The notes under the pieces: generated by a model
The model's database searches: none
What the model was told of the DNA's origin: nothing
Seen by the model: only the letters and a program-made list of their open reading frames with translations
Shown here: positions 9,242 to 24,200 of the stretch, in pieces
Position numbering within the stretch: the stretch's first letter is position 1
Layout of the letters: each line of letters begins with the position of its first letter
Virus record (IMG/VR): IMGVR_UViG_3300031853_000024
Source of the DNA: an uncultured virus (IMG/VR IMGVR_UViG_3300031853_000024)
Taxonomy: Duplodnaviria; Heunggongvirae; Uroviricota; Caudoviricetes; Schitoviridae
Length of the DNA: 64,000 nucleotides
Strand: one strand, 5' to 3'
Made by a program: the position numbers and the translations under genes

Positions 9242-9921
9242 TATACATAACCTCTTATACCTGGTTTAATATTAGTAGGACTTACGTTATTTCCTAATAC
9301 ATTATCAGTAATAGCATTAGTACATAACTGATTGAATCTTTCATAATATGCCTGACTTAATTGAATATTTTCAGCACCACCAATACTTTGTATAGCTTTA
9401 AAACCAACAAATGAAGTAAGTGCTTCCAATAAACATTCAGGTAAATAAATATCATCGTCTAAACTAAAGTGTTCAGGATTTATATACTTTGGTTTAGCTC
9501 TATATGTAATAAATGTTGTTTCATGCTCATTAGCATTAGGTATCTGTAAGGTATCAAAACCAACCAGATAATATGAATGAGAATTATTCTCATCATTTAA
9601 TGGAATTGCAAATCCATGTTCATCAAATACACCTGTAATAAATAACACATCACCTGTAAATGGTTCTTCAGGTGTATCTAATATATATTTATGAATCTTA
9701 TGACTTGCATAATTAAATCTAGCATATTCAGGTGTTAGTTTATATAAACTAATCTGAGGGTATTGCTGTATAGCTATTTGTTTCTCTAATACAGGAAACC
9801 TTTCATATAATGAAGTTAAACCAAGATTAATAAATGTAATTATTTGATTCTGTTTTTCTTCAGTATATACATTAGCTAATTCCCCATATTTAAGAGTATC
9901 TAAAATTAATTGTAATTTCAT
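9241..9921 (-). CDS. N4 gp67-like head-tail adaptor / virion protein
   Basis: LKYGEL..INLGLTSLYERF N-terminus and LEAL..FVG; follows the terminase as in N4-like phages. Confidence 0.8.
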   Translation of the reverse strand: MKLQLILDTLKYGELANVYTEEKQNQIITFINLGLTSLYERFPVLEKQIAIQQYPQISLYKLTPEYARFNYASHKIHKYILDTPEEPFTGDVLFITGVFDEHGFAIPLNDENNSHSYYLVGFDTLQIPNANEHETTFITYRAKPKYINPEHFSLDDDIYLPECLLEALTSFVGFKAIQSIGGAENIQLSQAYYERFNQLCTNAITDNVLGNNVSPTNIKPGIRGYV

Positions 9922-9929
9922 GTATGCTC

Positions 9930-11519
9930 CTAAACCAAATATGAATCCATATTAGATTCACTAGTCTCATCTTCCATAAAGTATCTAAGCTTATAAACAT
10001 TATTAGCTTCTACTTTAGGAGTAACCTGTGTATTAGGCTTCCAGAGACTCATCTTAGAGAGCATAGATACAGTATCTATACAGTCATCATGTTTGCTCCT
10101 AAAACCTGAAGGTGAACTTAGTAATAATTCTTCCATAAATTCAAGTATTCTAGGATCATCTTCTAACTCTTTAGGAAAATAAAATTTATGTAATTTAAAC
10201 CAAGGTAATACAGATTGAAATCTTACTAGTTTATTTGTATTTGGTTTAATACCTAATCTAGTAGCACCTGGTTCTTTAGCAAAGTTAATATAATTATTTC
10301 TTCTCATGCATTCTCTTTGGATTATATCTATAAATCCACCTTGCTGACCTGTTACTTCAATACCTACCTGTACAGGTTTATATATGGTATTAAAATTAAA
10401 TAGGTCTTCTATGGATTTATCTATAGTCTGTCTTTTGACTGTACCATCAACCCAAAAGAAATCACCATTATTGTTATAAGCCCATACTGAGATAACTGAA
10501 AAGTCTGCTGATTGCTTATCTGATACTGCAAAGTCAGTAGTTATATAGAAATTAAATGAACTCATTCTTTCTAATAAATCCTGTCTTGAGTACCATTGAA
10601 TCTCAGATTTAGTTAATAATCTATCTTCATCACTCATAATACGTAACATCAACTCTTGGTTAAAAGCATTTACTGTACCTGTAGCCTTAGCTATTTCATA
10701 TTGTTCTTTAACATACTCATAACTAAATCTATCTTCCCATGAACCTCTAAATTCTTCTTTAGTACAAGGGAATTTCTCACATACAGGAAATACGTTTACA
10801 TTCCATGCACCTGATTCTACAGCTTTATATAATGGGTCCTTTTTATTAAATGGGGTACCACACCATATAATCTTTCTTCTCTTAGGGTGTAATGCATGGA
10901 ATACTGCTTTATAAATAGTATTTTCTATATCTTGGATTACTGTAGGAGATGCTGCATCTTTATCAGATAATAAGTCATCTAGTATAGCTATTTGAGGTCT
11001 AACACCTTTCTTTTTAGTACCACGAATACCTGTACCTGCACCATACCCATTTACAGCTAATACATGACCATTCTTATTAGTAAATTCCCAATAAGATTCT
11101 GTTATCTTATACTGTGGTAAATATTCTTGTAGGAATGAGGAATTTTTAATTCTATTCTCTAGGTTATCCCTCATAGATTTAACACCATTCTCTATAGAGT
11201 CAGTAACATAGAGCATATAAGTAACATCACCAAATCCAGGTAATTCACCATATACAGCCATATATAAAATACCATACTCACCTAATACAGTAGATTTACC
11301 TGAACCACGATGGCATAAATTAACTGTATTACCTTTTTGAGTAAGAGTATCTAACATATGCAAATGCATAATAGGTGTTTTATTTTCTTCACCACCTCTA
11401 TCAGCATTAACCAACTTAATAAAATTAACGAAATCCAAAGCAAACTCACTAGGAATATAATTAGGGTCAGGCTTATAGCTAACTTCATTAAGATATTCAT
11501 CAACTTCTTTACTCGGCAT
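9930..11519 (-). CDS. terL: terminase large subunit (N4 gp68-like)
   Basis: Walker A HRGSGKST, RPQIAILDD Walker B, GTP coupling motif, nuclease TTDFA and KHDDCID. Confidence 0.95.
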   Translation of the reverse strand: MPSKEVDEYLNEVSYKPDPNYIPSEFALDFVNFIKLVNADRGGEENKTPIMHLHMLDTLTQKGNTVNLCHRGSGKSTVLGEYGILYMAVYGELPGFGDVTYMLYVTDSIENGVKSMRDNLENRIKNSSFLQEYLPQYKITESYWEFTNKNGHVLAVNGYGAGTGIRGTKKKGVRPQIAILDDLLSDKDAASPTVIQDIENTIYKAVFHALHPKRRKIIWCGTPFNKKDPLYKAVESGAWNVNVFPVCEKFPCTKEEFRGSWEDRFSYEYVKEQYEIAKATGTVNAFNQELMLRIMSDEDRLLTKSEIQWYSRQDLLERMSSFNFYITTDFAVSDKQSADFSVISVWAYNNNGDFFWVDGTVKRQTIDKSIEDLFNFNTIYKPVQVGIEVTGQQGGFIDIIQRECMRRNNYINFAKEPGATRLGIKPNTNKLVRFQSVLPWFKLHKFYFPKELEDDPRILEFMEELLLSSPSGFRSKHDDCIDTVSMLSKMSLWKPNTQVTPKVEANNVYKLRYFMEDETSESNMDSYLV

Positions 11520-12189
11520 CAGGTTTAACCTCTATTATTTCAGCATTTAATAAAGCTGTTAAATCAGCACCATTCTGTAATGCTTTTAACTGAGCTTTAG
11601 CTAATTCATTAGTAGTCTTTCTAAGTTCTTCTACTGTATCCGATTCTTTAACGGATACACTTAATTCCATCTGTTTTACTTCTTCTGGTTTTAAACAATC
11701 CATTAAAGCTTTAGCTGATTGACATCTAACCATAGGACTTACTTTAGGGTCTAGCATTAATGAACGCTGCACATTAATAGCTTCCTGAAATACATCTTGG
11801 TTTAGTATTGAGGTAGGTATAGCTAGTGCCTGATAAACCAAAGAAACTAACTTAGATTTATTATATGCTGATACATAAGCATTACGTTCATTCATAGGTA
11901 ATTGAGCATTTTCCCAATCAGTATATCTATCAGGAAATGTTTTCTTATAAGCTAGGATATTGGTATCACCCATAGATTTATAAGTACAGTATCTTACAGC
12001 ACTTATATATGAGGATAATTTGAATTTACCCTGTTGTAATACTGAGGTATATCCAATAAGATTCTGACCCATAATATCTCGAATATTAGGGTCAGATAAA
12101 CATGCATTAAATTGTTGTCTAACAGTATCATCAATACCTGCCTTTAAAGAGGCAGGTAAACATCTTTTAAATTCCTGTTCTGTAATCAT
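11509..12189 (-). CDS. N4 gp69-like conserved protein (candidate terminase small subunit)
   Basis: YISAVRYCTYK, YKKTFPDRY, AYVSAYNKSKLV; overlaps the terL start. Confidence 0.75.
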   Translation of the reverse strand: MITEQEFKRCLPASLKAGIDDTVRQQFNACLSDPNIRDIMGQNLIGYTSVLQQGKFKLSSYISAVRYCTYKSMGDTNILAYKKTFPDRYTDWENAQLPMNERNAYVSAYNKSKLVSLVYQALAIPTSILNQDVFQEAINVQRSLMLDPKVSPMVRCQSAKALMDCLKPEEVKQMELSVSVKESDTVEELRKTTNELAKAQLKALQNGADLTALLNAEIIEVKPDAE

Positions 12190-12247
12190 GGTATCTCCTA
12201 TTTAGTATATAGCCTATATATAGTATTAGAGATACCTAATTCAAGTA

Positions 12248-15200
12248 TTACAGTGAATCCATTAAGGTGTTAGTAATACGTACTGACGTTAAACCATTTA
12301 ATGAATCTACAAATAACTCTCCAGGTAAATTAAATTTATTTAACAGAGTAGTAGTTCCAAATAGACCTTCATATACGTTAGGTAAACCAAGTAATAAACT
12401 ATTAGCTGCAATAAAACCTAATGCTCTATCTGAGTGCTTAGCTAATGAATTAATTATGCTTGATTTAGAACCTAAAGCATATTTAGCAAATGGATAAATA
12501 CCTAATGAATCCAAGTATTGAATACTTCTAGGTAACGGATTGGAGTAATCAATAAATGTTTCCAAAGCTTGTCTACAAGCTTCTTCTTCACTAGCACCAC
12601 GCTGTCTTAAATCCTTATATAAGGAGTATTTAGCTACTGTATCACCTGCACTAGCAAACAGGAATAAAGCCTGATATAAATTACCTTTAGGTGAAAGAGT
12701 TACTTCATGTGCAAAGTCTCTCCATGGTCCTTTAGGTAATACTTTATCAATAGTATCTTTAAGTAACTTATCAGACTCTACTTCATTCTCAGCTAATGAG
12801 TTAGATACAATACCTCTCTTATACAATGGATATAATGGAGATTTCTCTATATTGGTTTTAAGAGTTCTCTCTTTAATAGCATCATTGTTATTGTAAGTAC
12901 CTAATAACTTTTTAGTATCTAATGCACTTAACTGCTTTTCCCATTCATTAATTGCTCTCATAGCCATAAATGCTTCAGCTTGATATTTAGCTACATTCTT
13001 CAAAGATAAACCATGAACACCCAATGTAGTACAGTTAGATATTAAGTTATTCCATGATGTAGTAATACCTTTAATAACAATATTATCTTTAGCTGTTGAA
13101 GCTAACCATTTAAAGAACTCTTCCATATTACCAGAGATACCACTATGGAATATCCATTTAGCATAGTCTAAGAATGACTTAGATATTTCATCTTTGAATA
13201 CATTAAGTTCTTTAGTAGCCTCAATATCATTAGCAGATATTTGTTTATAACCAAATACAGTATTAATAGCTTTCTTCATTACAGGAATACCTTTATCACC
13301 ATATTTTTCTTCACATACCTGTTTAGTATCATATGGTAATTTATCATACATATTTCTGTAATCTTCATTCTCAGAGCTATCTGAAATCCAAATGAAATCA
13401 TCAGGATTTTTATTCTTTTGGCTTTCATATATCTCAATTAAAGCTTCACCTGCTTTTTTGTTATATTCAGGAGATGCACTACGTTCTACTGCAGAACCAT
13501 ACAAATCACCAAATACAGCAGTTATCTTAGTATTTCTACCTATCATCTCATCAGTAACTTTAGGGTTTAATTCATAATTAGCACCTGTTAAATCACCATA
13601 AGCATTAAAGTTAAGTACTAAGTTACCATGTGGAGCATCTTTAATTAATTGAGGATTACTCTTATTAAGAGCATTAACTCTTAAATTAACGTAATCTTTA
13701 AGCTGTTTAAATTCATTGGTTCTCTTGAAATCAATGTCTTTATCAACTCTACCTTCGCCATTAAAGGATAAACCAGATTTAGCTCTACCTAAGAATATAT
13801 CAGTCATAATAGTTACACCTGCAGTAAATGGTGTAGGTGATTTCCATTTAGCTCTAACAATAGCATATTTTTCTTTAGCTATCTTTGAATAGAATGGGTC
13901 TAATTTAGCATCTTCTACTTTTTCATAACCATTCCATTCATATGCTTTTAATTCTGACTGAGGAATAATATCATATCTACCTGTAGTTTTACCTCCATGT
14001 ATTTGTCCTTTAGGGATATGATACCTTTGTTCTGAATTACCATATACCATCTCAGCTTCAGCAGATTTAATACCATTATGTAATGTAGACAGTCTATCAA
14101 TTACTTTTGAATCCAAAGAATTATAAACTGTTGGGTCTTTCTGATTAAGCATATCTACAGCATACAGTGTAACTAATTGGTCTACAGCTCTTACAATAGG
14201 ACCATTAGCATCTGTAGCCTGCTGATAAGATGAACCTGATAACTGAACTATTTCATAAGCATTTCTATAAGCTAATCCAGTAGGATTAAAACCAGTAACT
14301 AAATAATTAGCTAAACCTTTAGCCATATTGATATAAGCATCAGCAAATCTTTGACCTTTAATAGTATTAGTTAATTGTTTAATCTCTTTATCTCTAGCAC
14401 TCTTATCAGTAAGTAATTTAGATACTTCTTCAGGAGATTTAGTTGAATTAAATAAACAACTAATATCTGCTTTAACAAAGTAATCGGATAACTTATTCTC
14501 TACTTCTTTAGGCACATCTTTAAGTATCTCTCTTACTACTTCATTTACACTTGCAGCACTTCTTTCACGCTGTTGGTCTATAAGCATCTTACCTTTATTT
14601 CTAATAGATAAATACTTATATAAATCAGGTGAAGCACCTTCAATGTTACCAAGAATATCTGATGCAAATTCTTTAAAGAAACTATCTCTATCATCAGTAA
14701 ATAATCTAGCTTGGTCTACTAATGTCTGAGTTAAATCCTGTTCACCTCTTTCAGATGCAAATGTTGCACTATCTACATTAAGTAAATATCTTAATCTATC
14801 AGGTAACATATTTCTTGTTTTTTGGTTTTGCTGTCTAGCAGCTTCAAAACCTCTTTGTACATTAATATCCCAACCTTCGGTTGTTCCACTGAATTGATCA
14901 GGTACAGTAACATCAATACCCTGTTTAGCTTCCTGCCAGAATTTAGCTGATGACTTATAAGATGATTGGAATATATCATCTACAGTCTTAACTAAATCTT
15001 TAAACTCTGCAGAACTCTTAGGAGAGTAAGAACCAGAAACAAATGACATAACCTTATTAATAATATCCTTAAAGATATTAGATATTCTTTCAATAAGATT
15101 TTCTTTAATCTTAGTTTTACCTACTCGTTGTTGCATATTACGTACAGCCTGTCTAAGAGAAGGATTAGATACCATATAAGCACCAAATTCTTCTAACCTA

Positions 15201-18200
15201 TCAGGAGTTTTCTCATTGGTAAATGCATCAATGATTTGTCTATTAGCTATAGTATCACCATCAGCAAAATCACTCATTTGATAATTATCTACAAAAGTAT
15301 TAAATACTTTCTGTAATTCCTGTCTTTCTCTAGGTGAAGCATGTCTCCAAACAGTATGAGCATATTCATGTCTGAATGATTCTGTTTGTGATTCACCTCT
15401 ATTAGCTCTACCTAAAGTAATTTGTTCTCTAACAGCTATACCTGTTGTATTATCTCTAAGTAATGCTACTTGAGAATCACCTATAGTATTAGAATTTTCT
15501 TTTACATAGAGAGCAATAGGAGTAGAGGATTTAACCATTAAATCATCTAACCAACCTAAATCATTATCAGCAGTATCTACACCTCTACTTGCATCAGATT
15601 GTTTACAAATATCTAATGCACCTCTAAATGCTACTTCACCATTAAGCATTTCACCTGCCTGTTCATTAACAGTATTAGCATTAGAGTAACCTCTCATATT
15701 ACGTACAGCAGATGTATTAAGACTTTGAGTATATTCTTTATTCTTTACATGTTTAATACGTGTAAACGTAGATAATGCAGCATTAATTGCACTTGATATA
15801 CCATGCATAATACCATTTCTAGCTTCCTTAACATCTTTAGTTAATTCAGATGCAGTATGTTGATTTAAACCATTAAGAACAAAGGTATTATAGTTAAAGT
15901 CTGTATCAGGAAGTATATATTCACCTTCTACTGGTTTAGAATGAACAAAAGTAAATGTATCTACACCATCAAGTGATAACTCACTCTGAATAGCTCTCAT
16001 ACAGCAGGCATTAAAGGTATTAAGATTTGTATCATAGTTATTAATTTCTAAGATATTTTCATTAAGTAAATATCTAGGAATAGGTATTCTCTTACTACCT
16101 GTATCTGCAGAATCACTAGCATTACGCTTAATGAAATTAAATGTATCACTAGCATCTCTTATGGCTGAACGATTTAACCATTGAGCCAAAGAAGAACCAA
16201 TAACTACTTCTTCTGCATATGTTCTATTACCTCTCTGTTTAGTTTGAATAGCATCAAACAATTCTGACTTAGTAACAGATGAATCTACAGTTACTTGGAA
16301 TACAAAGTGTCTAGTAACACCTGTAGAGTCTGTAACTTTAATTACTCTTGGTTTAATGTAATCTTTCCATGTAATATCACCTCTCATGTATTTAGCATAA
16401 TCAGCTCTCATAGAAGATTGAACCTGATATAAAGAGTTCTTTACATCTTCTAAATCCAAGAGTTTAAGATTATTAGCTACAGGAGAGCCGTCAGCACATA
16501 GATTAATAACCAGAGCTCTATTATCATTAGATACATCATTCGTTCTATCATAAGCTAATACAGATTTTAAATCTCCATCTTTAATTGAATAAGTATTAAG
16601 ATTAAGTACATTTGTTGGTTTAAAACCAGCAGAAACAATACTATTTAACTCTTCTTCAGAAGCATTTACATATTCAGATAAATCAATATCCTGTAAACTT
16701 CTATTACGAATACCATGAGTACTAAGAGCTATTTCAGGTAATACTGCATCATCTTGAGTAGATGTTTTCTTTAATTCACCTATTTCATCAGTAAAATTAA
16801 TTACATATTTATCAGCTTTAGTTTTAGCACGTTCAATAGTAGTACTTTCACCATTAAAATTTACTATATTTACTTTAGCATTATTATCAGGAATACGAGA
16901 TATAATTGCATTTTCAGATATAGTTTTATCTGTAATAGCTTCAATTAAAGAATTATTAGATAGAGCTGTAGGAGCTTTATTATAAGTAACTTCTTTTAAG
17001 TTCTCACCTAATAAAATTCTTAATTGGTCATAGATATTAACTTCTTTATCTACTCTAGGAGCATTATCTGTTTTATCTGTAATAGCAGGTACTACAACAA
17101 TAGTAGCTTGAGGTATCTCACCCTTTGAAATAAGATACTGTAAACCATGCATACGAAGTACATCAGTTTTAGACCTAAGAGTAAATACAATCTGAGAACC
17201 AGCCTCTATATTAGAATATCTATTCTTTAATGGAGTAGTTACATTATCAGTAAACCATCTAGCTGTAGCTGTAGTTAAATCCTTATAAGAAGCATTAACT
17301 TCTTTCATCTCATCAGAAGATGCATTATATTTATTAACCTTGGATTCTATATAAGACCAAGTATCATCTAAATTAAGATTATCACTATAGTCTATATAGG
17401 TTGGTTTACTTGTATCTAAGTTCTGTGGAGCAACATTATAAACATTAATTAAACCAAGATTAGAAATAATGTTATTAAATGCTAGTTGCTGCTCATGACT
17501 TACTTTATTATTTAAAGCTATGCCTACGGCATCTTGTGCTATAGATAATATATCCATAGGTGTAATTACTGCTTGAGCAAATACATTCTTATTTGCCATA
17601 ACAGCTTTATATACACACTCACGTACATAATCATCTTTATCATGTAGAGATACATTATTTATTTTTTGAGTAAAGTAATGAACAAGATTAAATATAGAAG
17701 TAACTGCAGCAGCTCTATTAGATGTACTATTTTTTAAAGCATTTTTTACAGCATTAGCATCTATAGTATCTTTACTAGCTGCTTTTACTGCATCTCTTAT
17801 AGATAAATCTTTTAATACATCTTTTTCTCTATAACCACGAATAATTGCAATAGCAGCTTTACGTAATGTTCTTCTATATTCTAATGCTTGTTCTCTATTA
17901 GTAGTCATACTTTTAACAATATTATCAATAGTAGACTTAATATCAGTACCAATAAATTCAGTTTTTAATTTACCATTTTTATCTAATAAATTAAATTTAT
18001 AGCCATCTCTTACTCCTGCTAATAGTGAAACCAAGCTGAACTCACTATCAGTATTATTTAAACCATCAATAAATACCTGTAGTCCATAAGAACTATTATC
18101 AGAAGTTTTAATGAGATTATTGTATTGATCAATCTCAGCCTTTAAATCTTCTTTAGTAGGTGTATAAGCTGAATCTTCATCTAAACTAAACTGATTGATA

Positions 18201-21200
18201 TGAAGTAATCTTGTATCTTTTGTTGGATTAGTTACAGGATTAATAGGATCTTCATAAACTTGTAACATTCTTTCAGCTTCAAATAAACCTTTATATAAAA
18301 CATCTATTTGAGTGCTTGTTTTAGTTTGGTTTAGAGTACGCTTATATTGAGATACTAATTGCTGTTTAATATTATCAGGTAAATCTGATGTAGCTACCCA
18401 ATCCATAGCATTCTGTAAAGATTTATCTCTTTCAACACATATTTCAGCAATCTTAGCTTTATCTTTATAGAATATTCTATTTAAGTCTTTAATAGCTTTA
18501 AACTGTCTTAATTCAGCTATCATAGCATCATGGATAGGTAAACCTTTACCATATCCTTTTCTAATAAGTAATTCCTGGAAGTTAGTCATATTAAAACTAT
18601 CCATAGAATGTGCAGTCATAGGTGATTGACCTGCACCTAAACCTTCTAAATAAGGAGATTTATACTTGTTAGATAAAATTAATTTAGAACCTTTTAATAA
18701 GGTCATAGAACGTAATCTAGTTCTAACATCATTAGTAATAGATGCTTTAAATGTACTTAAATCTGAACCAGAAAGCTTTTCATTTACATTATCTGTAATA
18801 CTAATAATAGGATTAAAGATTTGTAATAATTTCTCTGAAATCCTATCTATTTCTTTAGCTAAATCTAAACTAGATATTTCAGAATTAGGATCAGGGAATA
18901 ATTTATTAATCTCATTTTCTAATACTACATTATAAGCAAAAGCATGTTGATTGGTTGCAAGATTATTCATATTAAGAATCTTTTGACCATCTTCCATAGC
19001 TTTAGATGTAGCTACATAAATAGGGTCTAATACATTCTCTCTCATCTTGGTTTTCATAATATTATTATCTTCAAGCTTGAGAGTAACTCTACGTCTATTC
19101 TCTATATTAGTTAAATCAGTATTAACTTCTTTGCCTTTAATTTTGCCTTGAGCATCTAAGTAACAATCTGTATCATCAAATTTAATAGCTATTGGGTTAT
19201 TACCATTGTACTTTACTAATGCAGAAATAATAGGTATAAGAGCTTTAGTATCTACACTAGGGTCTGCTAATACAGAAGATAATTGGTCATTAATTAATTT
19301 GAAGAAATCCAAACTAACTGATTCCATACCTGCACTATAAGTAATATACATTACAGGATATTTCATAAAGTTACGAGTCATAATTCCTCGCAATGTATCT
19401 ACCAGATTAGTACCTAATGTTTCACCATAAATAAGAGTTAGTAATTCTGTAGATTCATCAGTTTTAAATCCATTTCTAAGCATTTCATTCATAGCTTTTT
19501 GAGCTACATCATACTGAGCAAAAGCACCTGAAATAAGATATGTATCAAGGAAGCCATTATCAAGAATATCTACAAAGTTGGTAAATAATGGAGTAATACC
19601 AACACCTGTAGATAGCATTGATTCTAATGTATCACCACCAGAATATAATGAACCAATCATAGCTCTAATAGCAGGACCATTAGTAGTACCATCTATTTCC
19701 ATTCTAAGAGTGTAATTAGTTATAGTATCATTTACTGCTGGTTCAATAAGATTATTAATTAAATTAACATCATCTTTAATAGCTTTACCATTTACTTTAA
19801 CTTCTCTTAATTTCATTAAAGTATAAACAGTTTCATGGTTAAATTTTAATTCTAAAGGTTCAGCATTTGTTTTATTACCTTCACCATAACTAGGCTTAAT
19901 AGAAGTAACAGTTACATTTAATGCTTCATCTTTTGAAGATGCATTAAACTTATCAATAGCTTCTTTCCAAGTATCAGGTCTATCAGGATCAAATTCTTTG
20001 AGTAAAGTTTTAAAAGCAAGACTATTAGCTAATGATTGCTTAGTTGAATTAATTTGATCAGGAGTCATTTTATCCCAACCAATATTTAAACCAGCAAAAA
20101 TAGGTAATATTAAATCATTTGGTTTAACTTTCCAATTCTTACCATCTTGTGTTCTTTCCTCTCCAATAGTGTATTCAATACTGCTTGTATCTTTATTCAT
20201 TTCAAATAAGTTTCTAAGAATCTTATCTTCACGATAGTTCATAGCAATATTGTTTACAAAGAATCTGTTATTAACAGTATTCTCTTCATCATAATAAACA
20301 GGTACTAATCCTGATTTATGCTTTTCATAGATATTATGAGATAACCAATTAAGAGATTTAATTAATTTCTTAATATTCTCTTTATTACGGGTATGAATAT
20401 CTTTATTAAAAGTACCTGCTCTTGTATCAGGGTCTTTATAATCAATAAGAATACCTAATGTAGGATTTTTCATTATAGCATCTCTAATTGAAGCAGCAGA
20501 TGCATATGTAGATTCATCAATTAATACTTTACCATTATCATCAATTAAACCATTCATCATTAGTTTAGTTCTTTCTACATTAAGTAATGGTGGTCTAATT
20601 ATGTTACTGCAAATTTGCTGTAAACGAAGAGAAGTTACTTCAGTATTATCTTTCTTATATAAAATATTATCATTAAAATAATAAGATTTAGAACCTTCTG
20701 TATATTTAATAATTCCATTATCTGTATCATGTCTAATAGATATTTCTATCTTTTGACCTGATTCAGGGTCATCAAAAGAATCATCTTTAAATAATTCAAT
20801 AGAATTATTATCATTATATTCTTCACTAAGTTTCTTCTGTTTAGCCTCAAATGCATCTTTATCATATGGGTCTTTATATCTATTAGTAAAACCAAGAATA
20901 TTATCTAATACTGACTCTTTAGTGTCTGACTTATTAGTAAAGGTATCAATAGAGTCAATTTTATTTCTTACTGCATCAATTTCTTTATTAAGAGTTACTA
21001 CATTAATTGAGTTAGAAAAATCATTACCTTTTTCTGCAGCAATATAATCACCTGTAGCTCTATTTAATCTACCTACATTGATATAACCAAGTTTATGCAT
21101 TAAGGCAATACAATGCATACCTGTATCTAATACAGCATATTCATATATAGTAGGACTCTTATTCTTATCATAACCAAGAGCAGTAGCACATACTTTACCC

Positions 21201-24200
21201 ATATCTGTAGCTAAAGTATTTAAGTCTACACAGTTATTCTTTTCAAAATATTCTACTATTCTAGGTGCATTAGGATAACGCTTATGTAATTCTTTCTTAA
21301 ATTCTTCACTTAATGCAGTACTAATAGTAGGTAATGTTCTAAGTACAACTGCAGCAATAGTATTAACATACTGTTCAGAATACATATCACCAACAGTTTC
21401 AGTTTGAGATGTAGTGTGTTTCTTAACTGAATCTACTACAAACATATCCTGAGCTTGCATAGCTGCATCACGAATCATATCTACTAATTCATCTACAGCA
21501 GCATTATCTGCATTATCTTGTTTAAGTCTTTCTAATGCATTATCCTGCATTAAAGATGATTTATATCTATCTTTAAATATTCCATTATATTTAGAACCAA
21601 CAGCAAATTGTCTTTGTTCAATAACACTTGAAGAATTGCCTTTAGGTAAATTTAATTCTTGTTGGTTTTCAAGACTAATAGAATTTTTAACACCATTAGC
21701 ATTAATATAATGAGCAAATGCTATAGCTAATATCTGAGCATCTTTTTTTGACTCAATAGTATTAAGAGCAAAAGAAGAATCAATAAATACATTATTTTCA
21801 ATTAAATTCTTCTGATATTTATCCCATATAGCAGATGCTTTAAGATTTGCATTATTATGAATATAAATACCAACATTTGATGCTGATATACCATTAGCAG
21901 ATAATATATCTCTAAATGAATCTAAATCCTCACTGGTTACTTCATCTGGATTAGGGATAGCTACATGTTCATTATATGTAGGAATAGTCATATAGAGCTT
22001 ATCAAAGATTTTATTAGCTTGTTGTAATATTTCAATCTTATCTTTTTTAGCTAATTTCTTTAATTCTCTAAATAAGATTAACTTACCATAATTCTTTCTC
22101 AAAAATACTTGTACCTTTTCAGGAAGATTAGCACTATTAATAGTACCTCTTACACTATTTATATTAAGAGTTCCTGTAGTAATTAAATCTCTTATTGCTT
22201 TTGGTAAAGGTCCTTTTGAACTTAATAATTTATCTAAAGTATAAGTTTCACCACCTACTTTTATACTTGTAGCTTTTAATTCAGCAAGTAAAGAATCATA
22301 TAGATATTCAGCTTTAGCAGTTGCTAAAGCTACAGAAGATGCAGTACTAATACTTGTCTGTTTAGCTAAACTATCTAATAAAGATACTTGTAAAGCAAAT
22401 TTAGCTTTATTACTTAAATGCTTACTTTGATCTAATTTTTTAATAAATTTATTAATATTGTCTTTAATAGTATTTTTATCTAATTCAGGATATGTAATAT
22501 TTACAAAGTCTTTATCAGACATTGTACCTTTCATTTCTAATATACCTAAACTAGCTAATACTTCTCTTCTAGTTAATAAATGTCTTACAATCTTGGCTTG
22601 TATTGATTTATTACCTTGGTTGCCATAAGCATCAAAATCAGCTTTCCAATTTCTACGTTCATTAAGATTATCTTTATCACTAAAGAAATCTTTAACTATA
22701 GGGTCTGTAGCACTATCAGCTAAATCCTGCCAAACTTTACGTTTAGTATTTTCTCTAGTTGTATAAGTTAAATTAAGGAAAGTATTCCAAATTTCATCAG
22801 GAATAATATTAGCTATTTCAGGCATTAACATCTCAGTTCTAGTCATTTCTGAACCAAGATACTTAGATAATACAGCTCTTGATTCAGGTGAAATAACATT
22901 AGAGCTAATATTTAAATCAAACATATCTTCTATTACATCAGAAAAGTCTATAGCAGATGCATCTTCACCTGTAGCTGTAGGAGTAATACCTAATTCCTCA
23001 CATTTATTATTAAATTGTTCAATGTATCTAAGAGATTTCTCATGCATACTTCTAGCTGATTCAGATGATGCAGAATCAACTAATGAACCAAATAAAGTTC
23101 TAATTGTAGTACTTGTTTTATAAGTATCACTCTTAACAATACTAAGAATATTATCAATAGCTAATTTATATGGCTGTAAAGGTACAACACCATTAACAGG
23201 AGCTAAATAAATATCAGAATGAATATAAGAATTTAATTTACGTTGAATAAACTCTAATTGCTCAATATTTTCTTTAGATAAAGGGGATGTATTAAATATA
23301 GCTTTTAAACCATCTTGGTCTAATGAAGATATATCTTCAAATATACCTAAATTATTAAATGCTATGTTTAAATCCTTTTGAAAACTACCATTATAAGGAT
23401 CTAATCTAATACCATTTAAATGTAATCTAGTTAGTTCTTCCTGTTCATGTTTAGAATAGTTTCTAAATTTCTCTAATCTATTCATAAACTTAACAGTACT
23501 TTTAACTTGAGAATAACCTGTCTGTCTATAGGTAGAATCTATAAATACATTCTCTTCTTTCTTTTTGGTTTTAAAGTATTTAGCATATCCACTAGATTTT
23601 TTATTAGCTTTATCAATAGCATCTTGTAATTTAAGAAGGAATATTCTTTTATCTTTAGCAGATAATTTATCATATGCATCTAATGTAATACCATCTACAG
23701 CATTAATATTTTTAGCTACTTCAGCAAATTCCTGTTCTACACCTTTAAGAGTATTTTCAGTATCATTAGCTAAAACACCTTTAGTAGTAGCACTAGGAGT
23801 ACCTGCTAATTGATGTATTAATGATTCTAATTTAGAATATTTTCTACTTGGTTCAGTAATGTAATAATGCTCTTTACCATCTTTATCTTTAACAGTATTA
23901 AGCTTGTAATCAACACCTTCAGTAAGACCTTCTGTAGCTTTATTTACATCTTCTACAGTGTCATATAACTTCCTATTAGTAGATTCAGCTTTAGCATTAT
24001 GCATATTAATATCAGCTTGTTTTGCTTTAGCAAAATCTTCATAAGCTTTTCTAAACTCTTCTTCAGACATAGATTTATTTGTTTTATTATATGCATTAGC
24101 TATAGCACTGTCTGAAGCATATTCATTATTATCTTTGTTCTTATATGCTTCATTGAATATATCGTTAAACAACTTATTAGAGTATGCTTTCTCTTTATCT

